Positions 1-11,072 of a DNA stretch of 40,746 bases are shown here, one piece after another. Position 1 is the first letter of the stretch. Each line of letters starts with the position of its first letter. Both the position numbers and the translations under genes were made by a program. A model generated the notes under the pieces. It was given only the letters and a program-made list of their open reading frames with translations. It did no database searches and had not been told where the DNA came from. This stretch comes from Octopus bimaculoides. Its lineage: Eukaryota. The stretch is taken from assembly GCF_001194135.2 (NCBI RefSeq), contig NC_068984.1, forward strand, positions 132,981,327 to 133,022,072, given 5' to 3'.

Positions 1-900
1 GGTGGTGGTAGTGGTGGTAGTGGTGGATGTGGTGGTGGATGTGGTGGTGGAGGTGGCGGCGGTGGCGGTGGTGGTGGTGGTGGAGGTTAGAAGCAATGGT
101 TTTTATGAGGCAGGGAGTAGATGTGTGTGGTTATGTGGTGGGGATAAGCAGACATTTCCAGTTTCAACATGTAGTGGTGGTGGTGGGGGAGTCACACTTT
201 AAGATGGTCCCTCTTAAACATCTTCATCACCCCACACAAATGAAGGGGAATCAGTTCTATATGGTGGTGGTGGTGGGGGGTGGAGGTAGTGATGGTGGTG
301 GAAGATGGGGTGGAGGTGGTCATGGTGGTGGTAGCATGAATGTTCTTTTGGTGGGTTGATTGGTTCAGTAGTGTCCAAAAAGTGGTGAGCAAGATAGTGA
401 TGATACTAACGAGGAGGAGGAGGAGGAGGAATGACAGTGATGTTACTATTGGTGTAGAAACGGTCTTCTTGGTATAGTAATAGTGTTGTTGGTGTTGGAG
501 CTAGTGGTGTTGGTGTGTTGAAAGTAGTTTTAGTGTCGATGTAGAATCTGTGATGCTAATGTAGTGATAGCGGCCTTGGTGAAATGGTAGTGGTGTTGGC
601 GTAGTGACAGTGATGTTAGTGTTGGTGTTGGTGTTGGCAGTGTAGTAACAGTGGTATTGTGTCAGCAACAACAGTGTTATTGGTGGTTTAGTAACAGTAG
701 TGTTAGTCTAGTAACACTGGTGTTGGTGCTGGTGCTAGTACAGAGACAGTGGTGTTGCTTTAGTGACTGTGGTGTTGGTGTAGTGAAATGGTGTCAATGC
801 CGATGCAGCATCAAGTGTTGTTGTTGATATAGTGAAAGTGGTGTATGTGCTGGTGTTGGTGTAGTGACAGTGTTTGCGATATTAGTGGTTGGCAGACATA
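1..900. repeat. Degenerate (GGT/GTA/GTG)n trinucleotide low-complexity region
   Basis: Runs of ggtggtggt, gtagtg, gaggaggag and gtgttggt visible throughout; explains the poly-V/poly-W ORFs. Confidence 0.9.
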
Positions 901-1290
901 CTGCCCATGGAAAGCCACTGCCACCACATCACAAAGACTAATTCTCCTATTTAGTGGGTGGGAGATACTTCAGTTCTGATCATCTGCTGATTCATAACAA
1001 AATATGACTCACATTAGAATACTGCTGGACATTTAGGAAATAGTACTGCTGTGAGAATACATACGGAAGAATGCTGTTCATTGACAAACATCCACTCAAC
1101 AGCATACTGCAATCACTAGCTGATAAACATGCTGTTTCCTCTTCTATCACTGTTACAATAGCTTCTGTTCCATTGGAGTAGTTTTCTGTGTACGTTACCA
1201 TTGCCCTTGTTAACATACAGAAGGGTAGTGGTGGTGTAATGTGGAATGTGTGAAGTGTGCAGACCATACAGGGCAGCAAGTTTGTATATA

Positions 1291-1358
1291 GGTGCAGGCA
1301 TGGCTGTGTGACAAGAAGCTTGCTTCCCAACCACATAGTTCCAGGTTCAGTCCCACTC
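1291..1358 (+). mobile_element. SINE family A, tRNA-derived head only
   Basis: ggtgcaggcatggctgtgtgacaagaagcttgcttcccaaccacatagttccaggttcagtcccac matches the heads at 36168 and 35239; A-box and B-box (GGTTCAGTCCC)-like motifs. Confidence 0.85.
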
Positions 1359-1837
1359 AACAAGGTTGAGTTTTTCCAATCTTGATATCAAAACAAAAAC
1401 AGGTATAATAATAATAATTGTTACATTTGTACAACAATCAAATCAGATAAATCTAATAATGGAAAAGTAATGTTTCAAATCAATCAAAAAATATTTCTTT
1501 GCTCATTTGTTCTGGTGATGAAGTTTTTCAGAAGGGTGTTCAAAGCACTTTCATTACCATTCCCCACCAAAAATTTTTTAGTGGGTACGCTCGCTCTCTG
1601 TGCACCCCCTATTCCTGAGTCTATGGTGATGTGAGATACAGAAAGAGATGGAAAAAAGAAAGACAGTGGGACTGAGTAGACCTCAGAGGAGAGCATATCC
1701 AAATAGGCTATTTCAGAACAACAGATATTATTGTGATAATGAGACTTGAGACAAAGAGAAGAAACAGCATTTAGACTCTAACCCGAATTAAATACCTTTA
1801 CAAGATGTTTACTAGTTTACTTAACTAAGTAAACTAA

Positions 1838-1902
1838 TGGGACTGAAACTGGAACCCTGTGGTTGTGAAGCAAGCTTCTTACCACACAGCCACACTTGCA
1901 CC
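1838..1902 (-). mobile_element. SINE family A, head only
   Basis: Reverse complement reads ggtgcaagtgtggctgtgtggtaagaagcttgcttcacaaccacagggttccagtttcagtccca. Confidence 0.85.
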
Positions 1903-1904
1903 TA

Positions 1905-2860
1905 CAGGGGTTGGACAAAATAATGGAAACACCTAGCATCATAGCGCCATAATATTGAAATATCTATAAAACCATCAAAAGTTTATTTATTTTTATGTTT
2001 TTTTATTTATTATTACTGTTGCTTAATATGTTTTGCTAAAATTGCTGTTTCTTTTCAGATATCATCAGAAAAGGTAATTAAAACTTATTAAAAAGACAGA
2101 TCTATTGGACTTTCAAAGAGGTCAAATTGTTGGTGCTCGTATGGTAGGCACTAGCATAATGAAAACAGCTGAAATGTTTGGTGTATCAAGAAGTACTGTC
2201 TCGAAAGTAACAATAGCCTTTGAGAAAGAGGGGAAAAAACCTCCTAATCAAAACAAAAATCCGGAAGAACTTTCAGATAGGGACCATCAGACTCTTATGC
2301 AAATTGTTAGAAAAATACAGCTCCCAAAATTATTGCAGAGCTTAATGACCACCTCAAAAACCCAGTTTTCACAAAAACTGTTTACTAGGAGCTGCACAAA
2401 GAGAGATTTCATGGGAGGGCTGCAATCAGAAAACCACTACTTTCAAAAACAAACATTGCAAAGTGTTTAGAGTGGAGTAAAAACCTACAGAATTTGTCCC
2501 TAGAGCAGTGGAAGAATGTTATTTTCTCAGATGAGTTACCCGTTACCTTATTTCCGACCACTGGTCGAGTATACGTGTGAAGACAACCAAAAGAAGCATT
2601 TGACCGAGACTGCTTTCTTCTAACTATTAAACATGGAGGAGGATCTGTGATGATCTGGTTTGGGGAGGGGGGGGAGCTATATCTTGGAAATCCACCAGCC
2701 CAATGGTTTCCCTTCATGGCAAAATTAATAGTCAAGACTATTTAAGCATTTCATCTGATCATATTCATCCTGTGATTGCAGAACTGTTTCTGAACTGTCT
2801 TTTTTTTTTAAATTTGGACATTTGTAAATTTGTGAATTCCTTTGGGATGTTTTCCATGGT
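1905..2860 (+). mobile_element. Tc1-family DNA transposon remnant with frameshifted transposase
   Basis: TA then CAGGGGTTGGACAAAATAATGGAAACACC left TIR; N-terminal HTH DFQRGQIVGARMVGTSIMKTAEMFGVSRSTVSKV (2105-2240); in another frame WKNVIFSDE...GRVYV...KHGGGSVMIW (first D of the DDE triad). Distal catalytic region deleted; only a partial right TIR (gatgttttccat near 2846). Confidence 0.9.
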
Positions 2861-3007
2861 CTAGACCAGGATTCACAACATTCTTTTCATTCTGATTATC
2901 CTTAGATACATTTTTGGAAGTAATTTAGCCATGTCCTGTTTTGTTCAGTAATTTCAATGTACATTTCTACTATAATAAAGTAACTGACAAAACTGACATA
3001 ATAATTA

Positions 3008-3080
3008 GAGGTGAGGAAAAGTGGACATAACAATTATAGATAAGAAAAAGCGGACATACCAATTATAGATAAGGAAAAGC
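3008..3080. repeat. Short tandem direct repeat, about 30-bp unit, about 2.5 copies
   Basis: gaaaagtggacataacaattatagataag / aaaaagcggacataccaattatagataag / gaaaagc. Confidence 0.75.
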
Positions 3081-3180
3081 AAAGTTGCTTACATATTGAC
3101 CCATCACACCCGTTTGATCCTAGGATCGTATAGAAAAAGGAAGAAAAGCAAAAAAAAAAAAAAAAAATCCCTTAAAATTT

Positions 3181-3497
3181 GAAATGGGAAGAATTTGGAG
3201 CATGTGAACAGTAAAGATCATGCCTATAATAATTGGTGCATTCGGAACAGTAAGCAAAGATGTAGACAAATGACTGAAGGAGACTGAATCGGAATGCCTG
3301 GTAGAGCTTCTATAGAAAGTTTGTCTCGTTGGGATAGCAAGGGTTATCGGAGGGTGGGGGGAGTTTTAAGTACTTAGAAGACTACTGAAAACTTGTGGAT
3401 ACCAGAGGATACAGCCAGTAACCCACTACCCACATAAATCCGGCCAGGAATAAGACCAAACCTGAGCCAAACCAAAATAATAATGATAGTAATAATA
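3181..3497 (+). mobile_element. R4/Dong-type non-LTR retrotransposon 3' fragment (copy A)
   Basis: Decayed C-terminus EMGRIWSM*TVKIMPIIIGAFGTVSKD...KVCLVGIARVI, then a putative 3' UTR ending in a degenerate (TAA)n run (aaataataatgatagtaataata). Confidence 0.7.
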
Positions 3498-4008
3498 GGA
3501 CATTGAAATGGTATGAGTAAAAACCAGATGTCACCAAGAATACTGAGTATAAGATCTGGTGGGATTTTACAATCCATTGTGATCCAGTGATTGATGCTCA
3601 GAGACCAAACATTGTTGTAAATTGATAAAACAATGAAGGAAACCAAGATCATAGATATTGCCATACCTGGGGATGTACAGGAGGTTGATAAAGAACTGGA
3701 AAAGATTGAGAAGTACAAGCCACTACATAATGAGATTGTACAAATGTGGGCAATGAAGAAAGAAACTGTCATTCCAGTAATGTTAGGGACATTGGGAGCA
3801 ATTAACAACCAGGTCTGAGAAATTTGTTGGAAAAATTGGGACTGACATGAGGGTGGGACATGCTCATAAAACTGTTTTATTGGGGACAGAGAGGATTTCA
3901 AGACTGGTATTTGGATATTAAGAATCATGCTAGAAGATCCTGTGAGACCCTTGGTAACAAGTTGTTGTCTGCTCTTACAAAATAAGCCAGAGCAAGTGAA
4001 ATGTATAA
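3498..4008 (+). mobile_element. R4/Dong-type non-LTR retrotransposon 3' fragment (copy B), RLE endonuclease domain
   Basis: KWYE*KP...KIWWDFTIHCDPVIDAQRPNIVVIDKTMKETKIIDIAIPGDVQEVDKELEKIEKYKPL...IPVMLGTLGAI: the WDF / RPD(IV) / IDIAxPxD / KExEKxxKY layout of a PD-(D/E)xK restriction-like endonuclease. Confidence 0.85.
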
Positions 4009-4345
4009 ATCCTCATGATAGCAGAGTCAATATCAAAGAAATTGAAAAAATTGAGAAATATAAAGATCTATCCTGAAAGTTGAGGGAACTGTGCAAGACC
4101 AAGACAACAATTATCCCAGTAGTAATTGGTGCACTTGGCAAACACCCAAAATGCTACCAAAAAGACTGAAACAGATTGGAATTGAAACTCATCTCATTGC
4201 CCTGCAGAAAAGTACCATCCTATATTGTATAAGAATCCTAAGGAAAATTCTTCAGATTTGAGGAGATTTGTTGTCACGAAGCCTCAAGATAAAATACCTG
4301 CTGACTAAATTAGCATGCACTAGCGTAACATGTAAATATTTTAAA
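4009..4345 (+). mobile_element. R4/Dong-type non-LTR retrotransposon 3' fragment (copy C)
   Basis: PHDSRVNIKEIEKIEKYKDLS*KLRELCKTKTTIIPVVIGALG...LQKSTILYCIRILRKIL; same domain end as copy B but diverged. Confidence 0.8.
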
Positions 4346-5287
4346 GAAAAGACAAACGTATTCTTATACTTGGGGATGGTCATATTTAGTCAATTAAATA
4401 CATACACTATATATTTGGTCTTCACTTCAGCTTTATTATTAATATTATTATTTTACTTTCTTTGTCTAAGTTCTTTCGTCACACATTCTGTGACCTTTTC
4501 AACAATTCTCTATCCCACATGTCTTCTACTTATTCCATTTTCATTATGTATTAAAATTCCATTTCTTTTTTATATCTCGATATGGGCTGAATGCTTCTAC
4601 AAATCTGTGTTATTAGAGCAGGTATTTTATGGTTCCCGAACGTTATCAGTGAACTAGAAAGCGACGCCTGATTTTTCATCCTGATTAATTAAAATAATGA
4701 CGCTCACGTCAATGAAATTCAAAGTGCTGAAATTGATAAAAGTACTCACGTGCATACGAATGAAAAAAAAATATTTAATCACAGGTAATTTTTTTTTTAT
4801 AGAAAGTATCAGAGACGAAACCATTTAATTTACGGATTACTTTAGAAAGTAATTAATAAATGATTCTTTCATATACATAGAGGCAACCTCAACTTACGTC
4901 GGTAATTGGTGGCAAGACATACGACTTAATTCAAAAAACAAAGTAGCACGAAAAAAACATTTAAAAAACTTTATTAGCTTATATTCGTTTTAATGATTTG
5001 TACATATTTTCACATATATATTATTTGATTTTCCACAACACTATTGGTTTTTAGGTGTTTTAATTTTTAGGCTAAAATCATTCTCCAAATTTGTTTCGTT
5101 TTATATTGTATATCAGGTAATCTGATCAAAGAGGCGTAACTCTATGTCATTTATTGTCAAAATTTGCCCAGTTTCAACCAAACTCCGAAAATGCATATAA
5201 ACTGGAAGATTGTTTTCTATCATAATTTCCTTCACATTTACGATGCTTTTAAAGAATGTTAAATCGAACTTAGTACTTGAAAGCAAA

Positions 5288-5350
5288 GTTGTGATTTGAA
5301 CTCAATAGGTAATGAGTTGTGATTTGAACTCAATACGTAATGAGCTGTGA
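5288..5350. repeat. 28-bp tandem duplication (2.2 copies)
   Basis: gttgtgatttgaactcaataggtaatga / gttgtgatttgaactcaatacgtaatga / gctgtga. Confidence 0.9.
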
Positions 5351-6009
5351 CAAAATCAGGATGGCTAGATTGAGCTAAAAATAAAAGACTGCTCTATTTT
5401 TCAGGACCACATCCTACTGGGAGTGGTTTCTAAGTATTTTAAAATTCAAAATTTTAAAGGCAGGAATTCTATTGATGATTATCATGCCAAACTTTAGCGT
5501 GAGGTTTTAAACCATTAATTCTTCGTTGACGGGTCACATGACTAGGTAGACTGTGTGTGAAGTCTAGAGTGACGACAATATTTATTTGAGTTTTCTTATA
5601 TTTTGTTCATCCGCATCGTTTATAACTACATGCGTACATGCAATTAATTAAATGGAACAAGTTCACATAACAAAGAACATAATAGTTAGGAATCTTCTGT
5701 AATACAATATGCTTGATAATATTATGAAAGTAGTACATAACTACTGAAAACGAAATAAGCTGGAGTTACAACTACTACAAATAAAGTAATGTGATCATGA
5801 TTCGGCTCTACAATTCAGAGTTTGCACCTTTTGTCGAACAAAACAGAATCATGTCAAGTAAGAAAAGCGAAAGAGGACGATAGAGCAGCTCACTGAGCAA
5901 AGCGATTTAGTTTCATTTGGACGGCTGTGTGGCTCTTAAGTCTGAGGTTGAATTCGCTAACTTTTTAAAATCGTAAGCAGAAATGTTCCAGAGCTTTCGA
6001 TGAAGCTAT

Positions 6010-6089
6010 CGAACTCAGAAATTAAAGACAGGCGAAAAGCCGCTAAGCATTTTCCCCGACTTGCTAACGATTATGTCAGCTCGCCGCCC
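6010..6089 (-). mobile_element. SINE family B, degraded head
   Basis: gaactcagaa...ccgctaagcattt...gctaacgattatgtcagctcgccgcc, the reverse complement of the GGCGGCGAGCTGGCAGAATCGTTAGC head. Confidence 0.75.
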
Positions 6090-6141
6090 TAATTTAATAT
6101 TATATTGAAGAATGGCTCAATACTTTGTAAGAGTGTACATA

Positions 6142-6416
6142 TTTACTCTTTTACTCTTTTACTTGTTTCAGTCATTTGACTGCGGCCAAGCTGGAGCACC
6201 GCCTTTTAGTCGAGCAAATCGACCCCAGGACTTATTTTTTGTAAGCCTAGTACTTATTCTATCGGTCTCTTTTGCCGAACCGCTAAGTTACGGGGACCTA
6301 AACACACCAGCATCGGTTGTCAAGCGATGTTGGGGGGACAAACACAGACACACACACACACACACACATATATACACATATATACGACGGGCTTCTTTCA
6401 GTTTCCGTCAACCAAA
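6142..6416 (-). mobile_element. SINE family A, 3' half, central (CA/TA)n and part of head, running into a gap
   Basis: ttttacttgtttcagtcatttgactgcggcc...ccgctaagttacgggg...acgacgggcttctttcagtttccgtc; homologous to the full copy at 35239-35648. Confidence 0.9.
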
Positions 6417-6806
6417 NNNNNNNNNNNNNNNNNNNNNNNNNNNNNNNNNNNNNNNNNNNNNNNNNNNNNNNNNNNNNNNNNNNNNNNNNNNNNNNNNNNN
6501 NNNNNNNNNNNNNNNNNNNNNNNNNNNNNNCATCTATGGGTAGAAAGTGACTCTTTAGGAAAAATTACTTCATAATGGGAAATTGTGGGGGAATTTGGCC
6601 ATGAACATTATTGTAAATTTCTTAAACCCTCGTGTGGTGTCGAATGGATTTAACACTGCCCAGCCATTCAAGGAATCATATGATTTGATAATAACTCGTA
6701 TAATTTAACTTTATGAAATAGAAAGGAAACGATTAATAGAAATATAAAGCAAAATTTTGTGTAAGAGTCCTCTAAGACGTGGAATGTATTTTAAGAGTTC
6801 CGTATT

Positions 6807-6991
6807 CTTTTAGTTGTTTCAGCCATTTGACTGTGGCCATGCTAGAGCACCACCTTTAGTTGAACAAATCGACCCCAGGACTAATTCTTTGTAAGCCTAG
6901 TACTTATTCTCTCAGTCTCTTTTGCTGAATCGCTAAGTTACGAGGACGTAAACACACCAACATCGGTTGTCAAGTGATGGTGGGGGGACAA

Positions 6992-7021
<30 letters not shown>
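6807..7021 (-). mobile_element. SINE family A, 3' half
   Basis: Near-identical to 6150-6360. Confidence 0.9.
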
Positions 7022-7023
<2 letters not shown>

Positions 7024-7216
7024 TTCTTTATTGCCCACAGGGGGCTAAACATAGAGGGGACAAACAAGGACAGACAAAGGGATTAAGTCGATTACATTGA
7101 CCCCAGTGCTTAACTGGTACTTATTTAAGTGACCCCCGAAAGGATGAAAGGCAAAGTCGACCGCGGCGGAATTTGGACTCAGCCCGATGTGCTAACAATT
7201 CTGCCAGCTCGCCACC
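7022..7216 (-). mobile_element. SINE family B
   Basis: ttctttattgcccacaggggggctaaac-type tail, cccgaaaggatgaaaggcaaagtcgac core and ctgccagctcgccacc head; internal deletion in the head. Confidence 0.9.
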
Positions 7217-7344
7217 CTATATATATATATATATGCATATATATGCGACAGGCTTCTTTTCTATCTGTCTGTCTGTCTGTATGTATGTACGTATGTATGT
7301 CTGTCTGGCAAATATTAAAGAAGATTAAAGACAACTTGTAAGCG

Positions 7345-8060
7345 TAATGTCTCTGATATTTTTATTGGAATATAATACTATGTATATGATACATATATAA
7401 TACAAAACCACATTAAAATACAAATCCAGAACCGAAGAAAACATAAACATGAGCTTAACATCAAGTGCCTCAATTGGTCGCACAGCACAAAGTTCAACGG
7501 AACCAACTGAAGCAAGCCAACACACTTGCAGAATTGCCATGGACGATGGCGAGACTAAGGCATTGGAACAGCCAAGCACCCTCATGGGCATTACCTGGCA
7601 CCTCGGTAAGGCGAGCTGCTGACGATGGCAAAAACTTTGCTGTTAGTGACCCAGGCTGGAAGAAATAGTTCTCTGATAAGTCCCAATACTTAAGGATTTT
7701 GTTCCGTTCGGCTACGGAAACAATGACCCTCCCATTTATTGCAACATCCAGGATGTGGGAGGGAGCAAAAGAGTCACAGACTGTGACATCCCAGATGAGG
7801 CACCTATCTCTTACCCAGGAACAATGAGTAAGACCATCTGGTCTCTTCCCATTAGTTCTGGATAATTCTGCTGGCTCCAAAACTGAGGGGATATTAACTA
7901 ACCTGAGCCAGGGCCCCACCTTAATGATTAAGTTTTAGCTCGGTGTGATGAGCGAAACGACCAGCATTTAGGCGGCAAGACAAACTATGAAAGTCTGGAG
8001 TCGAGGGACCTACACTGACGTTGGGACCCACTCTGAATGCAATGGAGATGAAGCAAAAGT
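7345..8060 (-). mobile_element. CRE-type non-LTR retrotransposon 3' fragment (copy 1)
   Basis: Minus strand: SIAFRVG...HSLSCRLNAGRFAHHTEL (zinc-knuckle tail), then LEPAELSRTNGKRPDGLTHCSWVRDRCLIWDVTVCDSFAPSH...AERNKILKY...GNAHEGAWLFQCLSLAIVHGNSASVLAC*; 3' UTR with AATAAA (7361-7366). Confidence 0.85.
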
Positions 8061-8789
8061 AAGCTCAAGCGAAGTGATACGAATACATATATCCATACAG
8101 CCTTTTCCAAGACTATCACCAAACAGAAGAAATTATAACTGTATTGAATTTATAATACAATATTAAATATTAAAAGAACTTTGTGGTTAAAATATTAATG
8201 ATTCAGCACGAATGTTAAATGTAAAACAATCAATGAGGAAATGAAAGTTTTTTTTTTTTTTTTTCTATAATGACTTTTGCAGTTTATACATTGGGGGACA
8301 AAGTTTCACCACGTGAAAACATCCACACTTGTGACAACGGCAGTGGCGGCAGAGACGTTTACGACTCTGAATAAATTAATGGTTATAATGGTTGTAATGG
8401 TAATGGTTTCAGTATTTGAGTAACGACATACAGCAGTGTTGTCTGTATTTGTATAGTGATAACGGTGATGGTGTTTGTTTCGAGATATTGCTGATGACAT
8501 TGAGGCTGGTTTGTGTACATGTACTAATTGATAATGGTGGTACTTGGAACAATAAAGAAGTGGTGATAATGATATACTCATATTTTCTGTACCAGTTTAT
8601 TTGGTTAACGGAGAATATTGATTGTCTGAGGAGGATATATAGTTCTACCAGGAGATTAATTTCCTAGAAAGACTTCAGGGAAATTGCAATTTAAATTTAT
8701 TTACATGTGGACAAAACAGAGAACACAACTGAAAGAAATTAAAAGAAAAAAAATGAGAAAAAAGAAAAAAAAACAAAACAAGTCACCAC

Positions 8790-9420
8790 CTTTGTTTGAA
8801 AAGTTGGGGGCGCTGGGAAACCTCTCTAATGGCTATTGAGGCACGCCAGCATGCTTGCAGCGTTGCCACAGGTGATGGCGAGGTTGATGTGCTGGAACAG
8901 CCAAGCGCTCTCACGAGCCTCACCAGTTACATCTGCAAGGTGATTTGCCAGTTAGTGGTCTGACCCCACCAACCATCTCGAATGCCACAGGATGGAAAAT
9001 GTAGTTGGCCAACAGATAGCAATATTTCAGGATCTTGTTCCGCTCAGCCACAGAAGCTGTGGATCTCGCCCTGACTGCAGCATCCAGGATGTGAGAAGAA
9101 GCAAAGGAGTCGCTAACTGTGACATCCCAGACAAGGCATCTGCCTTGCGACCAGGGACACATGGTGAAGCCTTCAGGTCTCTCCCCATTACATCTGGATG
9201 ATACAGATGGTTCCAAGATGGAGTGGATGTTTGCTTGGGTCAAGCTCCTCTTGAGTATCAGGTTCAACTCCATATGATGCGTGAAGTGACCAGCATTCAG
9301 GCAACAAGAAAGACCATGGAGGCTTGTGGAGTTGGAGCCTGCCACAATGACAGATCAAACCTGTGCATATGTCAGCTCCCACTCTGAGGGCAATGGAGAC
9401 ACATAGTTCGTCCAAGCTGT
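8790..9420 (-). mobile_element. CRE-type non-LTR retrotransposon 3' fragment (copy 2)
   Basis: SIALRVGADICTGLICHCGR...LHGLSCCLNAGHFTHHMELNLILKRSL...LEP...ERPEGFTMCPWSQGRCLVWDVTVSDSFASSH...AERNKILKY, then a frameshift to ESAWLFQHINLAITCGNAASMLAC; 3' UTR differs from copy 1. Confidence 0.85.
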
Positions 9421-9816
9421 TGCTTCCTCTTCATAAGATTTATCTCTTACCCATTCAATGTTTCATAGTCTGGAGCTGAGTACTTATTTTCAGGTACATT
9501 AAATCTAGAGGAGGTTATTCAATATATACATTCATTTTTAAGTAAATAGAATAAAGTCTGAAAGAGACTTGTTTGCTATTTCTAGCTGCTCAAACTACCT
9601 CATAGAGGTGTCCTTAATCATTCTATTTACATACATTTTTAGATGTTGGTGTCAGTTGAATATTTTGCATACTTGATAGCATATGTGATGGTTAGGGTTA
9701 TTGGAAAAGTATCGACATGTTAAGTTGGGGTTATCAATTGTAACAGTGATGGATTGATTGAACGTGATAGATGAACAACATTTTTATAAGAAATATTTAT
9801 TTACCGTTACATTCTA

Positions 9817-10240
9817 TGTTGCCATACCACGACGGGTAGGCCAGTGTAATAGTATATAAAACATGCACGGTTAAGAATTTCGGCTTGTGTCTGTATGGAC
9901 CTTTTTCATAGTAGTAATTATATATAGAGAGAGATGGTAGGGTTATAGAGAAAAGGAATTGCTAGCTCGTATGCCTGCTTGTGTCCATGGCTTCAGATGC
10001 CTAGTGGCCACCGTGCGACCAAGCTGTTGAGAGAGAGAGAGAGAGAGAGGAAGTTTGCTTGGAGTGTCCTGTTTTTATAGCTAGTGAGAACAAAGGATTC
10101 TATTCTAGATTTGATGGAGTAGAAGAGGTCAGAAAAGGGTCAAGTGGTGGAGACACCACTTCGAAAACCATTGTTCCACCGCTGGAAAAGTTCTGTGGCA
10201 TAGTGGATCGAATCCACTTCATGCCTGCCAGATTCCTACA
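9817..10240 (-). mobile_element. Probable solo LTR (about 424 bp)
   Basis: TGT...ACA termini (tgttg / ctaca, imperfect 5-bp inverted repeat), TATAAAA on minus at 10072-10079, internal (GA)n and small hairpins. The TSD is only imperfect and no clear internal poly(A) signal is seen. Confidence 0.45.
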
Positions 10241-10643
10241 CATATATATATGCATACACACTTATGTCTCTGCAAGTTTGTAGCATTGGATCAACTGAAA
10301 AGGGTCTAACACTAGGGATAGGTTATCTTATAATAACTCAATATTTTAAATGCAAATAACTCGAACTGGAACAAGTGCATAAATGACAGAAAGTGTTAAA
10401 CAAATAACCAAGGTTATGTGTTCCATCATTATCTAAGACACCCTGAATAAAGAAATGAAAAATTGCCTTTAAAAGCAGGAAATGGCACCAATTGATTGAT
10501 TTAAACGTTTTGTTTTGGATTTTTTTGTTTGAAAAAGCTGTGTGCTCTAAGCCTTGTAGAGCCACTTAAGACTGGTCAAGTTGATGTGAGTAGTATGCAG
10601 CTCAAATTTCTGTCAGTTGATGTTTGTAGTGGGGAATAATATT

Positions 10644-11072
10644 CTTTTCTACTCTAGCCACAAGGCCTGAAATTTTTTGGGAGGGGTCCAGTTGATTAGA
10701 TCAACCTCAGTACGCAACTGGTACTTAATTTATCGACTCCAAAAGGATGACTGGCAAAGTTGACTTCAGTGGAATTTGAACTCAGAATGTAAAGACAGAT
10801 GAAATACTGCTAAGCATTTCGCCCGGCATGCTAGCATTTCTTATTTCTTTATTGCCCACAAGGGGCTAAACATAGAGGGGACAAACAAGGACAGACAAAC
10901 GGATTAAGTCGATTACATCGACTCCAGTGTGTAACTGGTACTTAATTTATCGACCCCGAAAGGATGAAAGGCAAAGTCAACCTCGGCAGAATTTGAACTC
11001 AGAACGTAGTGGCAGACGAAATACTGCTAAGCATTTCGCCCGGCATGCTAACGTTTCTGCCAGCTCGCCACC
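10644..11072 (-). mobile_element. SINE family B head-to-tail dimer inside a single 17-bp TSD
   Basis: TSD tagtggggaataatatt at 10627-10643 and 11075-11091; two B monomers with different tails joined near 10841. Confidence 0.9.

Noticed and set aside
2-392. Poly-Val/Trp/Thr ORFs
   Set aside because: Translations of a (GGT)n low-complexity tract.
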